NCBI GenBank assembly: GCA_965153455.1
Contig: OZ234493.1
Coordinates: 11,274,213 to 11,338,212 of the forward strand
Source: Sphagnum compactum
Taxonomy: Eukaryota
Direction: 5' to 3'
Length of the DNA stretch: 64,000 bases
Every line of letters begins with the position of its first letter. The stretch's first letter is position 1. The position numbers and the translations under genes were made by a program. The notes under the pieces were generated by a model, which had not been told where the DNA came from, searched no databases, and saw only the letters and a program-made list of their open reading frames with translations. Below, one piece after another: positions 51,240-64,000 of the stretch.

Positions 51240-53640
51240 TCATGATTTGAATACCCGTTTCTAAAACACATGGGGTGCGAAGTTACATTAGGAAAATTTT
51301 GTTACAAGTATTGATGTGAGGGTGCATCAAGTGACATGAGAATTTTATAGTGGAACTAAAAGGTGAGAGAAATTTTGAATGCGAAAATTAGACTAATTAT
51401 ATGGTTTAGCATGTTGGTTGAAAGAAGGTTATTATTGCATTTGTTGGTGTGGCAATAGGGGATCAAAACTTCAATTTGAAGGCAAATCAACATATGTTCA
51501 ATGATAAATTGTATGTGCAAAGAGGGATGAATTCAATTTTGCAATAGGTAGTTGAAAATGTTGTGCTAAGGAAAAAAAACTTAAGTTGTACAATTTGCAT
51601 TCATTGTCTATTTTTTCCCTAGATTACACTCATGTTTAAATAGAAGAAGATGAAATGTTTGTTTGCATTTTTCAAAGTACTTAACTACTTGTCCAAAAAA
51701 TATCCAATGATTGTGTTGGTTGGGAAATTTTAAGGTCTCTACATCGTATTGTGTTGACTAGCATAAAGGATGTTTTGATTTCTAATTTTTTCTTGAATTC
51801 AACAAATGAAGTAAAACCAATTACAGATTAAAATCAAATTTTATTCCATTATTATGTGGCAGCACATGGGTGGATTGTTACTAACATCAAAGCTATGATT
51901 TTTGGATAAATGCATGGTATAGTGTACATGATTTTATGGAAAATGAAAACAACATATAATGTTTAAAATAGTAACATGTAAGATTTTACTCATTTTGAAT
52001 TATGTTAAAAATCATATATAATTGGTTTGGGTTTCAAAACACGTACAACAAAAGGTGTCCATGTACGCCAAGTGATATCACTAGATTTTGAATGAATTCA
52101 CTTGTTATAGTGAACTGAGACTAATGAATTGCACCCACATTTTGTAGTAGTGAAAATAAAATAAAATATACAAACCATGAATATGCATTGTTTCATAATT
52201 GTGGATGTATGCAAATGTACACCAATAATTTTATATTTTTTTAGGAACTCTAATTTGACAATATTTTACCATTTTTATAAATTACTAAAAAACTTCACTT
52301 TGTTTACTTATGATAAAAACAATAATTAACTCAACTACATTTTCAATAGAAAAGTTTTTTACAACATAAAAAGATCATTTAGCATCAACATTAGCATATC
52401 ATAATGTATCAACAAATATGTCACTATCATCTAGTATCTTTTTTTAAAAAGAAATTTTTAATGGGGAAGATGGTTTTTTATAGTGTTTTTGTTTCTATGT
52501 GCAACATTTTATTGACAAAGTCTCATTAAAATAAATATTTATTAATGATTTTTACAATTGTAATGTTGTGTCAACATTATTACAAGTCAAGAATGTACTC
52601 TAATTAATAATTGAATTGTTCATATGTGCACCAATTTCACAACATAATGGTAAATTAGGATGTAAACAACCATTAATTACAAGTTTTCATGAAAAAATAT
52701 TTTAAAAATATTTGCCACGATGCATAAAATTTTTATAATCTTAAAAATTGACACCTTATGACAAGTTCTTTTATGTATTTTGTAACACACCTTCTCCCTT
52801 GAGTTGTTCTCAAGACATATGGTGGTCTTTCAAAAAGTGAAATTGCCAAACATCTCTTGTGTTAAAAAGTTGATGGTGTTTTCACACTTTAATGGGTTAG
52901 ATTTGGAGTTAATGTTTTGATGAAGACCCAACACTAAACATTTTACCTCATTGGGATCAATTCTATGACCCATATAACCAACCTTATAATGTAGAAATTG
53001 TCTATCATGCTTATGAGTTCAAAATGGGAAAATCTATTTCAATTGTTAAGTGTTTTATGAATATTTCCTAGTTCCTCACAGTGTCATCTTTCACCAAACT
53101 TGCTAAGATTGTAAGAATAAAAGATTGAATTTTTTTAAAAATCAAATTATGAATTTGTCTTTGTAATTCATTTGAGTTTGATTAAACAATATTATTGTAT
53201 ACTCAAAAAACTTGGTGCATTTGACAAATGGGTTTCTAAGCCTTTTTCCAAGGAACACTTTGGATTTGCAAACTTCACTTTTTAAGTTGATTGTGAAAAC
53301 TCAAGCTATTAAGACCATGGAAGAGTCAAAATGAAAAGTTGATCACTAAATCATGGTGTCAACTTGTGGCAAACAACTTGCTTGTTGTTTATGTCTTTAA
53401 ACACATGAAACTTTGCAAAAATGACCATTGCCTAGGTCTTGGTATTACAAGAAATAAAAAAACATTTTTTATTTTGACATTTATAAATTTCAAGCTTTGA
53501 AATCAATTGGTAATCCATTTGAATATTGTTATATGCATCTATGTTCAAAACTTTTTCACTAAGCACACTTTCCTTTTATGAGTTGCTATTATAGATTGAA
53601 ATGATGAGGACAAGGTTAGAGTAACAATTAATGCATAATT
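51240..53640 (+). mobile_element. Heavily decayed hAT-superfamily transposase relic
   Basis: Stop-riddled translations resemble the N-terminal zinc-finger region (TRF*NTWGAKLH*ENFV...VHQVT*...R*EKF*MRKLD near 51253-51395) and the hAT C-terminal dimerisation region (NKKTFFILTFINFKL*NQLVIHLNIVICIYVQNFFTKHTF near 53450-53575, compare ER.FS.L...K..LRN.L). Confidence 0.62.
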
Positions 53641-56600
53641 ATTTTTCAAATTATAACTTTAATTTGCTTTTGTATTTAACATGTTGTTGAAGTTGTTTTT
53701 TTTTCTTGTTGACAAGCTAGTTACAAGTTGATTCTTTTAACTTTATGGTTTATGTTGTGATATATGGTAGGCTACCTTCTTGTAGGTTGCAACATTATTC
53801 TCACAAGTATTTGAGCCTTTGTGGATTAAGTTTGCATTTTGATATGGATGTGATTGGTGTTTTGATCTTATGATATCATCAATTGGCTAATTGATGTGTG
53901 TTAACAATTTAATATAAGAATTTATTTGTGATTGTGTTCCCCATGGATCACAATCATGTTTTGTTAATGTTGGCAACTACATATATTTTATGTTGCAATG
54001 GGCTAAGCTTTGTTACTATGGAGTTTAAATCCCCTTGCAAGGTGATTACTATTTAGAGTCAATATTCACGTTTAAAAGTTTTATTTGCAAATGTCACATG
54101 CTACCTAATTGTGCCAAAAGGCTAAAAACTAAACACCTTTGTGCACTTGTAGCCTCTTTTATGCAAACATATTTGGGTAGGAGCCTAAAGTTATTTTTTA
54201 AATTTCAAAACTCTTTGCTCAATTTACACTTTTGCTATTGCATTTTAACCATGTACATCACACTAATTTTTTGGCGATTAACCATGCGAGCATTATGTTC
54301 TCACATCCCCTTGCCACTAACCCGTCCTACAAATCAAAAACATGAAAATTATCCCCTAATATAATGGTATAACATGCCAATTTTGCATAGCAAAGGAAAC
54401 ACGAAACATCACAAAATTGAAACTTTGACGATTAAAGTAGACATCATGAGGGTCGTGTTTTTTGTGTCATGCAAGTAGTAGTGAACGAGTAGGGCGACAA
54501 TCGAGGACCAGGTTGTTCCCAAAATAAGGGCTCATCGAAGGCATGCAGCCAACGGGATCCTTACTTTGGGGACTCCTTGCTTTGAGGGCATTATCCAATG
54601 TAACAAATGGTGGCACTCGGAGATACCCAAGGAACATTTTGAAAACACGGGGACATTTTGGCTTGTTGAAACCTCTAATGGCGGCTTTGGGAAAGAACAA
54701 TTACGAGGTTTAAGGTGCCCACCGCGGTGGCATGTACCCAGGCAAGTCGTTATGTGTTAGTTAGTGATGAATTTGCTATACACTTGAAGAAGTACAATTC
54801 AACACAAACAACAATTGATTTGCACTTTTTGTCTGTAGCATAGAGATAGAATGTAGGATATCTGGAAAGGGAGGAATGGTAACATGTAATAGGCCATCGA
54901 ACAAGTAGCTCGGAATGAAAATTTTTGCAAAACGAAATAACTGAGACCCAAACTAGTTTTTCCACCAATTTTTGGTGGTAAACTGAGGTTCATCCTGTCT
55001 TTCCATTTTCCTGAGCGCCCCCCCCCCCCCCCCTTGCTACATATCTTTTCACTGCTCCTACCTGTACAACTAGTATAATTATTCTCAAAACTTGTGAATT
55101 AAATGCCGAGTTTCAGCATTTCATACTGAGATTTAATAAAATTACAGATACCACTGAAAGAGGGGATATGGGATGGAAGCAGGCCCAAAGATAAGGTGAA
55201 GACAGGGTGACTTTATGGATAACTCTATCGGATAGGGAATTTGGAGACATCAACAAAAACCATAAAAGGTTTACCTCGTATACTTAGAGCAAAGTTTGGT
55301 AACCTTTTATAGAGTTTACACTCTCTTGAAACATCGCCTCAATTTGGCACAAGCTTGGGTTACACTCAAAATCTTCGGTTTATGGGTTTAGGTTACTTGG
55401 GAAGAAACATATTCACATTTAAACCCTTTAAAAGTGTGTCCATTTGCAGAGTTGTCGGTGTTAATTTAATAGCAACTGATAATTTCCCATGTTGTTATGT
55501 TCAATACGCAAAGACAGGAAGTGACAAGGGGATTGGCTAATTCCTATGCCAAAGCTCATCTGCACCAGTCTTTGTTTTTTTTAAGGAATTTCGTTATGTA
55601 GCCTAACTGGCTATCGTCCATAAAGAAGATGTAGGAAAAAAAATAAAAATGGCAAAATCTTCTTTGGCAATCATCCTTAAGAAGATTTAGCCAAATCTGG
55701 CTATAGGCCAGACGTGGAGTAAAAAATCTTAAAATCAACATGGAATTCATTCATGGCTACACACCGAAAACCAAATGTAGAAAATCGGGCAATTTGGTGA
55801 ATTGTCAAGGTAGGTTTTTGCAGGTAAAAATGATCAAGAAAAAAAAAAAGGCCAAGGAATTCTTTATAAGAGGATGGCACCTTATGGGTAAGAAATTAGA
55901 GTTCTTTTACACTAGCCTCAAGTTCTTCTTACCCATTCAGGTGCCATCATCCTCTTTTGAGGAAGAATTTCTTTGTATGGAGGATCATGTGCTGCTCTCC
56001 AAATACACTAAAAAAACAACAACATTTCCATCCATTCATTTATGTGTAAGTAACAAACAAGCATGTCTCTTGTGTGATGGGTAATTAATTAGAGAAGAAT
56101 CTAAATAAAAAATAATTGTTTTTTAAAAGCATATAAGACTTGGAGATATCTATGTTTTTGTTTTTCTTCCCCCCAAAAGACCTACTTCCCAAAAAAGGAA
56201 AGCCACAAATTTGGGGAGCATAAATTGCACAAATTTGGGGAGGGGCATAAATTGCACAAAACTTGCAAAGTTGCTCATATCTATTGAAGATAAAATAGAT
56301 ATGTGGATGATGCTATAAAATAATTGTCATTAAAAAATTACCCATTACACATTTATAACTGTACAAAGGATTATTCCTATTATTATTCCAATTATTTATA
56401 TTCCTATATTGTTGTTGGTTGGTTGTTGTTTTTTGGAAGTGTGTTTTTGGAAGTGTTTTGTGGGTTTTGTGTGTTTTGTGTGTGTGTGTGTGTGTGTGTG
56501 TTTTTGGGTTATTGTTGTTATAGGCACCAGCTTGCAGCAGCAACCCAAGGCTATCTATATGAAGATTGCTGAGTAAAGATTGGGGGGGAAGAAGTTGTTG

Positions 56601-57337
56601 AGGACTGGAATTTGTTGGGTGGGGTGGGGGAGAGGAAGAAGAAGCTTTCAAGGATACATTTTATATCATGTAGTAGTTAGTTATTAGTTGCAGGGATTTG
56701 AATGTCAGTCATTCAATTGGAGACTACAAAATGGCAGGTGAGTATTGTTGTTGTTGTTGTTGTTGTTACTTCTCTACTATGTGATCACTGAATTGGGTAG
56801 TGTGTTTTCTCTCTCTGTCTCTGTCTCTCTCATATGCTGCTGCAATCTGCCAGGATCTTCTAAGTACTTGACAATTTTGCCATGGAATTGGAATTAGCTA
56901 CACAAAAAAGAAAAAAGAAAAAAGCCGCAAAGCTCAGAAATTTGGTTCTTTGGAAGGATTCAAGATTGTAACTAAGCTTTTTTTTTTTTTTTTTTTTGCT
57001 TCCTTTTGAAACAACAATATATGCTTGAAGAGTTGGCTCAAAGAGTTGATAAAGATGATGATGATGATGATGATGATGATGATCTGAGCCAGAAGTTAGG
57101 ATTGAAGTTTGTTGTTGGAAATGAAGTTTGTTTTTTTCTGGATTGGAGTTTTTGGTTGGGTGGTTGGTTTTTTTTTTTTTTGGGTTCGGTTCTTTTGGTT
57201 TTGAAGAAGAATTTAAGGCTGAGAGAATTCATATGAGAATTTGAAGATGAATTTAGTTAGTAGTGGGGTTTGGTTTGAAGTCTTAAGTGATGATCATGTT
57301 TGTGAACAATTGGAGGGTTGTGTGGGCTCAAGGATCT

Positions 57338-57495
57338 GGGAAGAAGTTGGGTGTGTGTGTGTGTGTTTGTGGGAGAAAGATTTAGGATGATCCAGATAAG
57401 AGATTTTGAAGAAGTTGGGGAAGAAGTTTGTGTGTGTGTGTGTTTGTGGGAGAATGATTTAAGATATGATGACCCATTGAGGAGATTTTGAAGAG
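57338..57495. repeat. Approximately 80-bp tandem duplication containing (GT)n, upstream of the CHUP1 ATG
   Basis: GGGAAGAAGTT..(GT)n.TTGTGGGAGAA.GATTTA.GAT...GAGATTTTGAAGA occurs twice. Confidence 0.8.
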
Positions 57496-57624
57496 GTTTG
57501 TTGTTTTGGTGAATGATCGCATGGAGGTCCAGGAGTGATCAAGACGAGCGCACTAGTAGTAGGAAGTACTGCAGTTGCTGGAAACTTTCTTCAAGGAGAT
57601 GAAGCAGCTGCTGATGGGATCAAC

Positions 57625-58009
57625 ATGTTGGTACGAGTGGGGATTGCGGTCACATGCTCTGTTGTAGCCTACACAGTTTCCTACTTCACCACTCGTGGTC
57701 GTTCCGAGGAGGATTCCAATCCTCTACTACCTGCTACTGATCTTTCAGGTACTGAAGACTCTCTGGTTACAAACAAAAGTTCCATCATCTTCTTCCCTGC
57801 AGCAGCAGCAGTTGTTGTTGTTGTTGTTGTTTTTGGAACTAGTTACTACTCAGCCGCCTCTATCTTCTTGCACCCAAGTCTCTCTCTGCCACCAGCAGCA
57901 TCTCTCTTCTCATGAGCTTCTTCTGGGACCTCAGAAAATGTCATTGTTTGGATACCCACAATTCAACTCTCTTGTTTCCTTTTGTCATTTTTCCAGACTT
58001 GGGTTTGTG

Positions 58010-58049
<40 letters not shown>

Positions 58050-58571
58050 ATCTCTCTCTTATCCTCCTGAAGAAGAAGCTCTCATGAATCTTTGCAATAA
58101 GCTTGAGATATAAGAAGCCTTATTAGTTTGTTGTCTTGGCTGAACATTCTTCTTTGGATCTTCTTGTTCTTGTTCTTGTTCTTCATTCTGTTCTGAAGCT
58201 GCAGAGAAGATTTACAAGAAAGAAATATAAAGAGATGACCGAACCAGCAACCCCACATGCTTATCATCATCTCTGTTACAAATTTGGTGAAGAATTGTAG
58301 AAGCCGCCGTGTGTCCGGAACTTCATAGTTGCTGCAGTAGTAGCTCACTCTTGTAAGTCCTTTTTTTGTTGTGGGTCTGACGCATTCTCAGAATCTGAGG
58401 AAGGATCTAAGGTCGCGGGGAACGTCGTCGAGGAGCAAGAGGAGCATGATGAGTCGTCGTCTAGTGCACAACATCTTGTTGTTGCACCTGACGACACTGC
58501 AGCAGCAGTACCCAAAACACCGGTACAAGTATGTGAAGTTCTACACCGCCTTTGTCAAGCTCTGATGTTGA

Positions 58572-58612
<41 letters not shown>

Positions 58613-61600
58613 CGAGCTTCTTCTGTTGCTTAGATTCTTGATGGTTTGTTCAGGAGCAGGAAGAGCAGCAGAGAGTGAAGACAGCAGAGGCAGCTCCACC
58701 GATTCCGGTCCTTGGAGGACTTGATCAAACTTCTTCTTTGCAGCCAGCTGCAGCGGAATTCAATGGTTTCAGCTCCCAAGAGTCCGATTCTGTCAAACCC
58801 AATTCAGAGGAGGGGGAGAAGCCCTTCGTGCAAGAAGCAGCAGAAGAAGATGATGATGCCAAAACTGGAAACCCTATTCTTCAGAATGGAAGCTCCAGGT
58901 CCTCCTCCTACAGTAATGGTGAAGAGAAGCTTGCTGCACTAGAGACTAGTAGTAGTACTCTTGAAGAATCATCATTGCTGGGCCAGAATAAGCTAGATCA
59001 CTCTCTTGATCAGAGCAAGAGTGATGCTGATGCCAATGGCAGAATTGCAGCAACCCATGATGCAGCAGCAGAAGCAGCAGAGGTTGAAGCTCTCAGAAGC
59101 ACAGTGCACAAGTTGCGAGAAAAGGAACAATTGCTGGAAAAGCAGCTTCTTCGATACAAGCAGCAGCTGGGCCTCCTTGCAGATGATGATGAGAATGTGA
59201 AGAAGAAAGAAAGAGGAGATCTTGCAGCAGAGGAGTTGGCAGCTGCACCAAGGGTTCATCAGCCTGAGCTCAAGAAAGAAGATGCCCAGACTTCTGTAGA
59301 AGAGCTTGAAATTGAAGTTGCAGGATTGCGCCATGCCAACAAGGAGCTTGAGCAGCAGAGAAGACAACTGAGTGAGAAAGTATCTGCATTGCAGCAGACC
59401 AGTGAGCTTGCACACCATTCGAAAGGCAGCGTACTTGAGCTGGTGAGAGTTGCAAGTGTGCATTACTTCTTGCATAATCTGTTCAGAAGTAGAAGTTTGT
59501 GATGGATGATGCATTCAGAAAAGGAAATTGTTTTGTTGCAGGAGGTCAATCATGGAGCTAAACCAGCAGAAGAGCATGTACCAGACATGCTGCAGCAGCA
59601 TGTGAATGAGGATCTCTTGATCAAGCAGGTGGAAGGGTTGCAAAACAACTGGTTTAGTGAAGTGGAGGAGCTCGTGTACCTACGCTGGGTGAATGCTTGC
59701 CTGCGCAACGAGCTTCACAACCACCAAACCACTCTAGCCAAAGTCTCAGCCCTTGACCTGAACAAGAACTCGAGCCTGGAGTCACTAGAAAAGGCAAAGC
59801 AGCTGATACTTGAGTACATCAATTCAGAGCATCTTCTGCCGTTGCAGGTCAAGGATTACACAGAAGCTGGGCTTGATAGCTCTGTATCTGAAAAGTCACT
59901 CTACTTTTCTTCTGAAGGTGGTGTTGGTGATGACAGTGATGATTCACCTCACTCTAGGCAGATTCACAGAAAGCAAAGCCTCATCCGCCGAATCCGAAAC
60001 TGGACGGCGAGGCATCTTGAAGCTGGATCGGATCTTCCCAGTGGTCCTGTATCACCTGCAGAAAGTGAGAGATGGTTCCTCTTTCATTCTGATCCAAAAA
60101 ACCGTCGACGAAGCTCTGGATCCAAGGTACCAGGGGAAACCCATCTCCAGAAAAATGTGAGTGATATGAGCTTGGCCACATCGCTTAGTGTGAGTGGCAG
60201 GAAGATCGACTCCAGTGTCTTGAGCTCTCCTTCCCCAAGAAGAACAACATCTGATTCTTCTATCTTCAGTACACCTGCTTCTGTGAAGTCTGATGTATCT
60301 GCCTCCACACACCACAAACCAAATCTCCCACTCCTCAACACAGCAATTGCAGAGCGCAACAACCCACTGAATGGAGTAGCCACTTCACCATTCCAGCTCA
60401 TGGCAAAATCTCCAGCATCAGAGACAGCAGAAAAGTACCCATCAGTCAAAGACAGGCTTCGTGAAGCTATGGAGAGACACAAAGAGATCAAAGAGAAGGC
60501 AAGAGCTGAAAGGGAAAGAGCCCAAAAGGAGAAGCTGGCAGACCAACCCTCAACCCCACAGCAGCCATTGACAGAGGAGAGTATGTCACCTGCAGCAGAA
60601 GGGTCTAAGAGGAGAGTTTCAAGATTGCCCAAGCCACCTCCAAAGCCTTCAGGACCACCAGAGCCTGCCCAAGGCCTTACAGTGGGCATTCCAACCACAC
60701 CTAAATCTCCACTTGGAGCTTCAGCACCTCCAGAATCACAACAGCCACAAAGCAAAGACAACATGCAGAGGGCACCAGAGGTAGTGGAATTGTATCTGTC
60801 TCTCATGAAGCAAAATTCAAGAAGCAACGAAGATATTGCAGGTGATGGTGAAATCGCCCCTGATACTCCTCACAGCAATACAATCAGTGAAATCGACAAT
60901 CAATCAACCCATCGTTTGGCTGTAAGCACACATCTTTGCACTTCTGTTTTTTCTTCCCCTTGACTCATTTGTGCCAATTTTTCTTCTTGTTGTGGAAGCC
61001 TTGGTGATTGTTTGTAGATTCTTTTGGATGTTAACCCATTCATTCTCTTTTGGGGCCCCATGTGTATAGATCAAGGCAGATGTTGAGACGCTGGGAGACT
61101 TTGTGAAAGCACTGGCGACTGAATTGCAGGCAGCTGCATATTACAGCATTGAGGATGTGGTGGCCATTGTCTATTGGCTTGATGAGGAGCTCTCACATTT
61201 GGTACAGTGAAAACTGAATCCTGTTCTCTATACTAATTCTTGTTAACCAGAGATCATCTTAAATGTTTCAGTTACAGAGTGCCGATCATGGCAATTACTA
61301 TATATGCTTATTTCCATGGGTATAACCATTATGGCAATTCCATAGATATATTATTAGTTCCATTGGATGTTGGTTGGTTAGCATGGAAGTCAATCTCATT
61401 TTACACACAACTTCTTTTGAAGAACAAGGTTGAGTGACCCATGTGCGGGTTTTGTTGCAGGTGGATGAAACGGCAGTCTTGAAGCATTTTGATTGGCCTG
61501 AAGCAAAGGTGGATGCCTTACGAGAAGCTACATTTGAGTACCTGGACTTAATGAAGCTACAAGAGGAATTGTCTCTATTTGAAGACAAGCCTGAGCTTCC

Positions 61601-62612
61601 ATGTGAAGAAGCACTGAAGAAAATGTTGACTACTTTGGAGAAGTAAGTACACTCCTTCCAGACTGCTACAGTTCAAGGGAGGGCCAGGCTACGTCCATTC
61701 TAATGTGCACTGCACATCATATTAAAGCTTAGAACTTCAACAAATAGACTTGAGGTACCCGTGTGATGATTGTCAGGAATGGGGATTTTGTGGCACTGCA
61801 GAGTGGAGCTAAGTGTATTTGGGCTTTTGCGAACAAGGGATATGGAAGTTGCTCGATACAAAGAATTCAATATTCCTATTGAATGGATGCTTGACTCTGG
61901 TTTGGTTGGAAAGGTGCTGCCTGAGCCATGATTGATTGCATGAAAAGAATGTAATTTGAAATTTCATAGACCACTAGAAAAGGGTTGAGACCGGGGCTAA
62001 TATGTATTCAGTCTTGATTCATAACATCGCACTGAAAAGAAACTCCTGGATTGCTGATTATGGGGTGTTGCAGATAAAACTGGAGAGTGCAAAACTAGCA
62101 CAACTTTATATAAACAGAGTGTTATCAGAGCTGGATCATGAAGGGGAGAGTGCACACGGGGAGCCCATGCAGGAATTTCTTCTGCTTCAAGGAGTTCGGT
62201 TTGCATTCCGTGTTCACCAGGTACTACTCAGATTGTGTGAATTTGATAAGTATTGGTTTTGAATGGATTCTTAAACTTGCAACCCAAAAGATGATCAAGC
62301 CACAGATATTAGTTTTCTTCCTTTTGATCAATTGCATCACAAAACCCTCTCATGAACACAAACAGATAAACATAAAGATTTGCAAGCTCCCCTAAAACCC
62401 TAATGACCTGTTTTGAAATGCAAAATCCATTACCAGATAGGTTGATCCTGAAGGTTGAATTATGGTCCACTTGTGCTACTACAATTTGAAATAACAATAT
62501 ATTTTGTTGTGAAAAACCTGTGCAGTTTGTTGGAGGATTTGACCCCAAGACCATGAGTGCATTTCAAGCGTTAAGGGACCGAGCTCACATCCACAACATG
62601 GATACTCTATAG
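57625..62612 (+). CDS. CHUP1: CHUP1-like chloroplast positioning / actin-nucleating protein. Predicted exons 57625-57748, 58392-58522, 58654-59442, 59542-60921, 61070-61201, 61461-61642, 61802-61913, 62074-62220, 62526-62612
   Basis: Hydrophobic N-terminus MLVRVGIAVTCSVVAYTV, coiled coil, KQVEGLQNNWFSEVEELVYLRWVNACLRNEL, EKYPSVKDR, RAPEVVELYLSLMK, and the C-terminal domain IKADVE...WLDEELS...VDETAVLKHFDWPEAKVDALREA...QGVRFAFRVHQFVGGFD. Confidence 0.9.
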
Positions 62613-63465
62613 TTCCATAATATTATTTTCCATGAGTACAATAGTCTAGAACATTATGCAGAGTGTTACACAAGTGTGAGGTAAGTATGTGTGACATAGT
62701 TGTACAATGTTGTGACATTTGAGTTGATGATTTCCAGTTTTTCTTTGCAGCAATATGTTTAAGTTGCTTCAATCTCACTGTTTTGGGCCTAATAATTGTA
62801 CTGAGAAAATTGGGCATGTCTTAATATCAAGACATTTTCTGTATGGCTTTCCATTGTATGTCAACATGACAAATTCCTTGGCACATGTGCAGTGCTGTAC
62901 ATTTCAGTAGTGGTCCCTAGCTCAATGACACGGGTTGTGAGTGATTCCGCATACATTCTTTCTAAATGCAAAGTTCACAAAGTGCACAACATGACAAATG
63001 TATCATCTTCTAGGAAGCACTTAGTATATATTGACATCTAGCAATATTTAGTCACTCTTCTTCAGTGCTCCAGCTTCTTTTATTCATACACATGGAGAAA
63101 TGTCCTCCATCTAAACACCACCATGAATTGTTATCACTAGATCCAACTTTTCATTTAGAAGTCCTCAATGCCTAGAAGCTCAGTACTCTTCTCCACAGTA
63201 TTTTTTTTCAACATGTGAATGCAGGATGGAGCTCAATTACAAGGGAGGCAAGCCAAAACCTTGCAGCATGGAAAGCCCTAGAGAACTCTGTTTCTGAAAT
63301 TAAACCACAGCTATGGAAATACCACCCTCACTTCTTCAATGACAGCAGTAGAATTGATACGGCAACTTATCTACGAGGGTTGGTTGCAGAGAAAACACTC
63401 CACAATTACAAGAGTTGCCATGTAGTGTAACTGACATTGTTACTGTGCACCCAACTAACAGTGGC

Positions 63466-64000
63466 TTAATCTGCCCTTGACTGACCAGCACGAGAAGAGA
63501 GAATGATGCCCACAATAAGCCCATACAAAGCCAGCGCCTCCGCAAAGATAAGAATAAGAATCATTCCAACAAACAGCTTGGGTTGCTGTGCATTTGCTCT
63601 GTCAAACCCCCGCCCCAACAAAAATTCAACGACTCAGAGCTCAAACCAACAATATCAAAGTGTGAGACACACAACGAAAGCAAAAAAATGAAACTAGGAT
63701 CTCAACTCCTGATTCCCCCGCCCACTGTTGCTAGAAGCCTTTTAAAGTGGAAGGGGAAGAGGAATGATCAAACGGCTGGAACTGGAAGGAGGAACGATCA
63801 AACTGCTGGAACTGGGAAAGAGAGGAACTACCTGACACCAGCATCACCAACAATGCCTATAGCCATGCCAGCGGAAAGGCCAGCCAGTCCACAAGACAAG
63901 CCTGATGAAAGATGAGCATAACCATCAAACACGTAGTACGGTTTCGACTTGGGATTGATCCCTGTGCTAATGATCACAGCAATGATCAAGCCATAGATAC
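63466..64000 (-). CDS. VHA-c: V-type H+-ATPase 16 kDa proteolipid subunit c, 3' part (exons >64000-63832 and 63598-63466). The gene continues beyond the window
   Basis: Manual minus-strand translation: [56 protein letters not shown] | [43 protein letters not shown], with the proton-binding Glu in FAEAL. It is absent from the ORF track because the exons are short. Confidence 0.97.

Noticed and set aside
54467-54760. GC-richer patch with short ORFs, possible retroelement fragment
   Set aside because: No convincing RT, integrase or gag motif could be read.
60084-60827. 247-aa antisense ORF (similar antisense ORFs at 31574-32242, 37391-38032, 9769-10359 and 58993-59514)
   Set aside because: Shadows of real coding exons on the opposite strand, with no recognisable domains.
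9287-63466. Functional gene cluster or operon-like system
   Set aside because: The genes act in unrelated pathways (membrane contact, DNA repair, ethylene, CDC48, clock, chloroplast movement, V-ATPase). This is an ordinary eukaryotic gene neighbourhood.

Overview
Eukaryotic, intron-rich land-plant nuclear DNA. The gene set, AT-rich intergenic DNA and dispersed short repeats suggest a moss such as Sphagnum (inference, not verified). Seven spliced protein-coding genes were reconstructed by hand from the ORF track and splice signals. On the minus strand: an SMP+C2 synaptotagmin-like protein, TDP1 (FHA plus two HKD motifs), a subfamily-I ethylene receptor (ETR1-like), a PUB/UBX protein (PUX2-like), a COR27/COR28-family protein and the 3' end of V-ATPase subunit c. 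On the plus strand: a CHUP1-like protein. Intergenic DNA holds a decayed hAT transposase, three dispersed MITE-like repeat families, minisatellites and interstitial telomeric repeats. The most notable unexplained element is an approximately 1.1-kb region between ETR1 and PUX2 (33650-34750) with no recognisable coding ORF. It has telo-boxes, a plausible intron and several stable hairpins or box C/D-like units, so it is a candidate non-coding host transcript. Also notable: a four-fold duplicated splice acceptor and a GC-AG intron in TDP1, an in-frame stop-free intron in ETR1, and an evening-element-like plus ABRE pair upstream of the COR27-like gene. Exon boundaries are predictions without transcript support.
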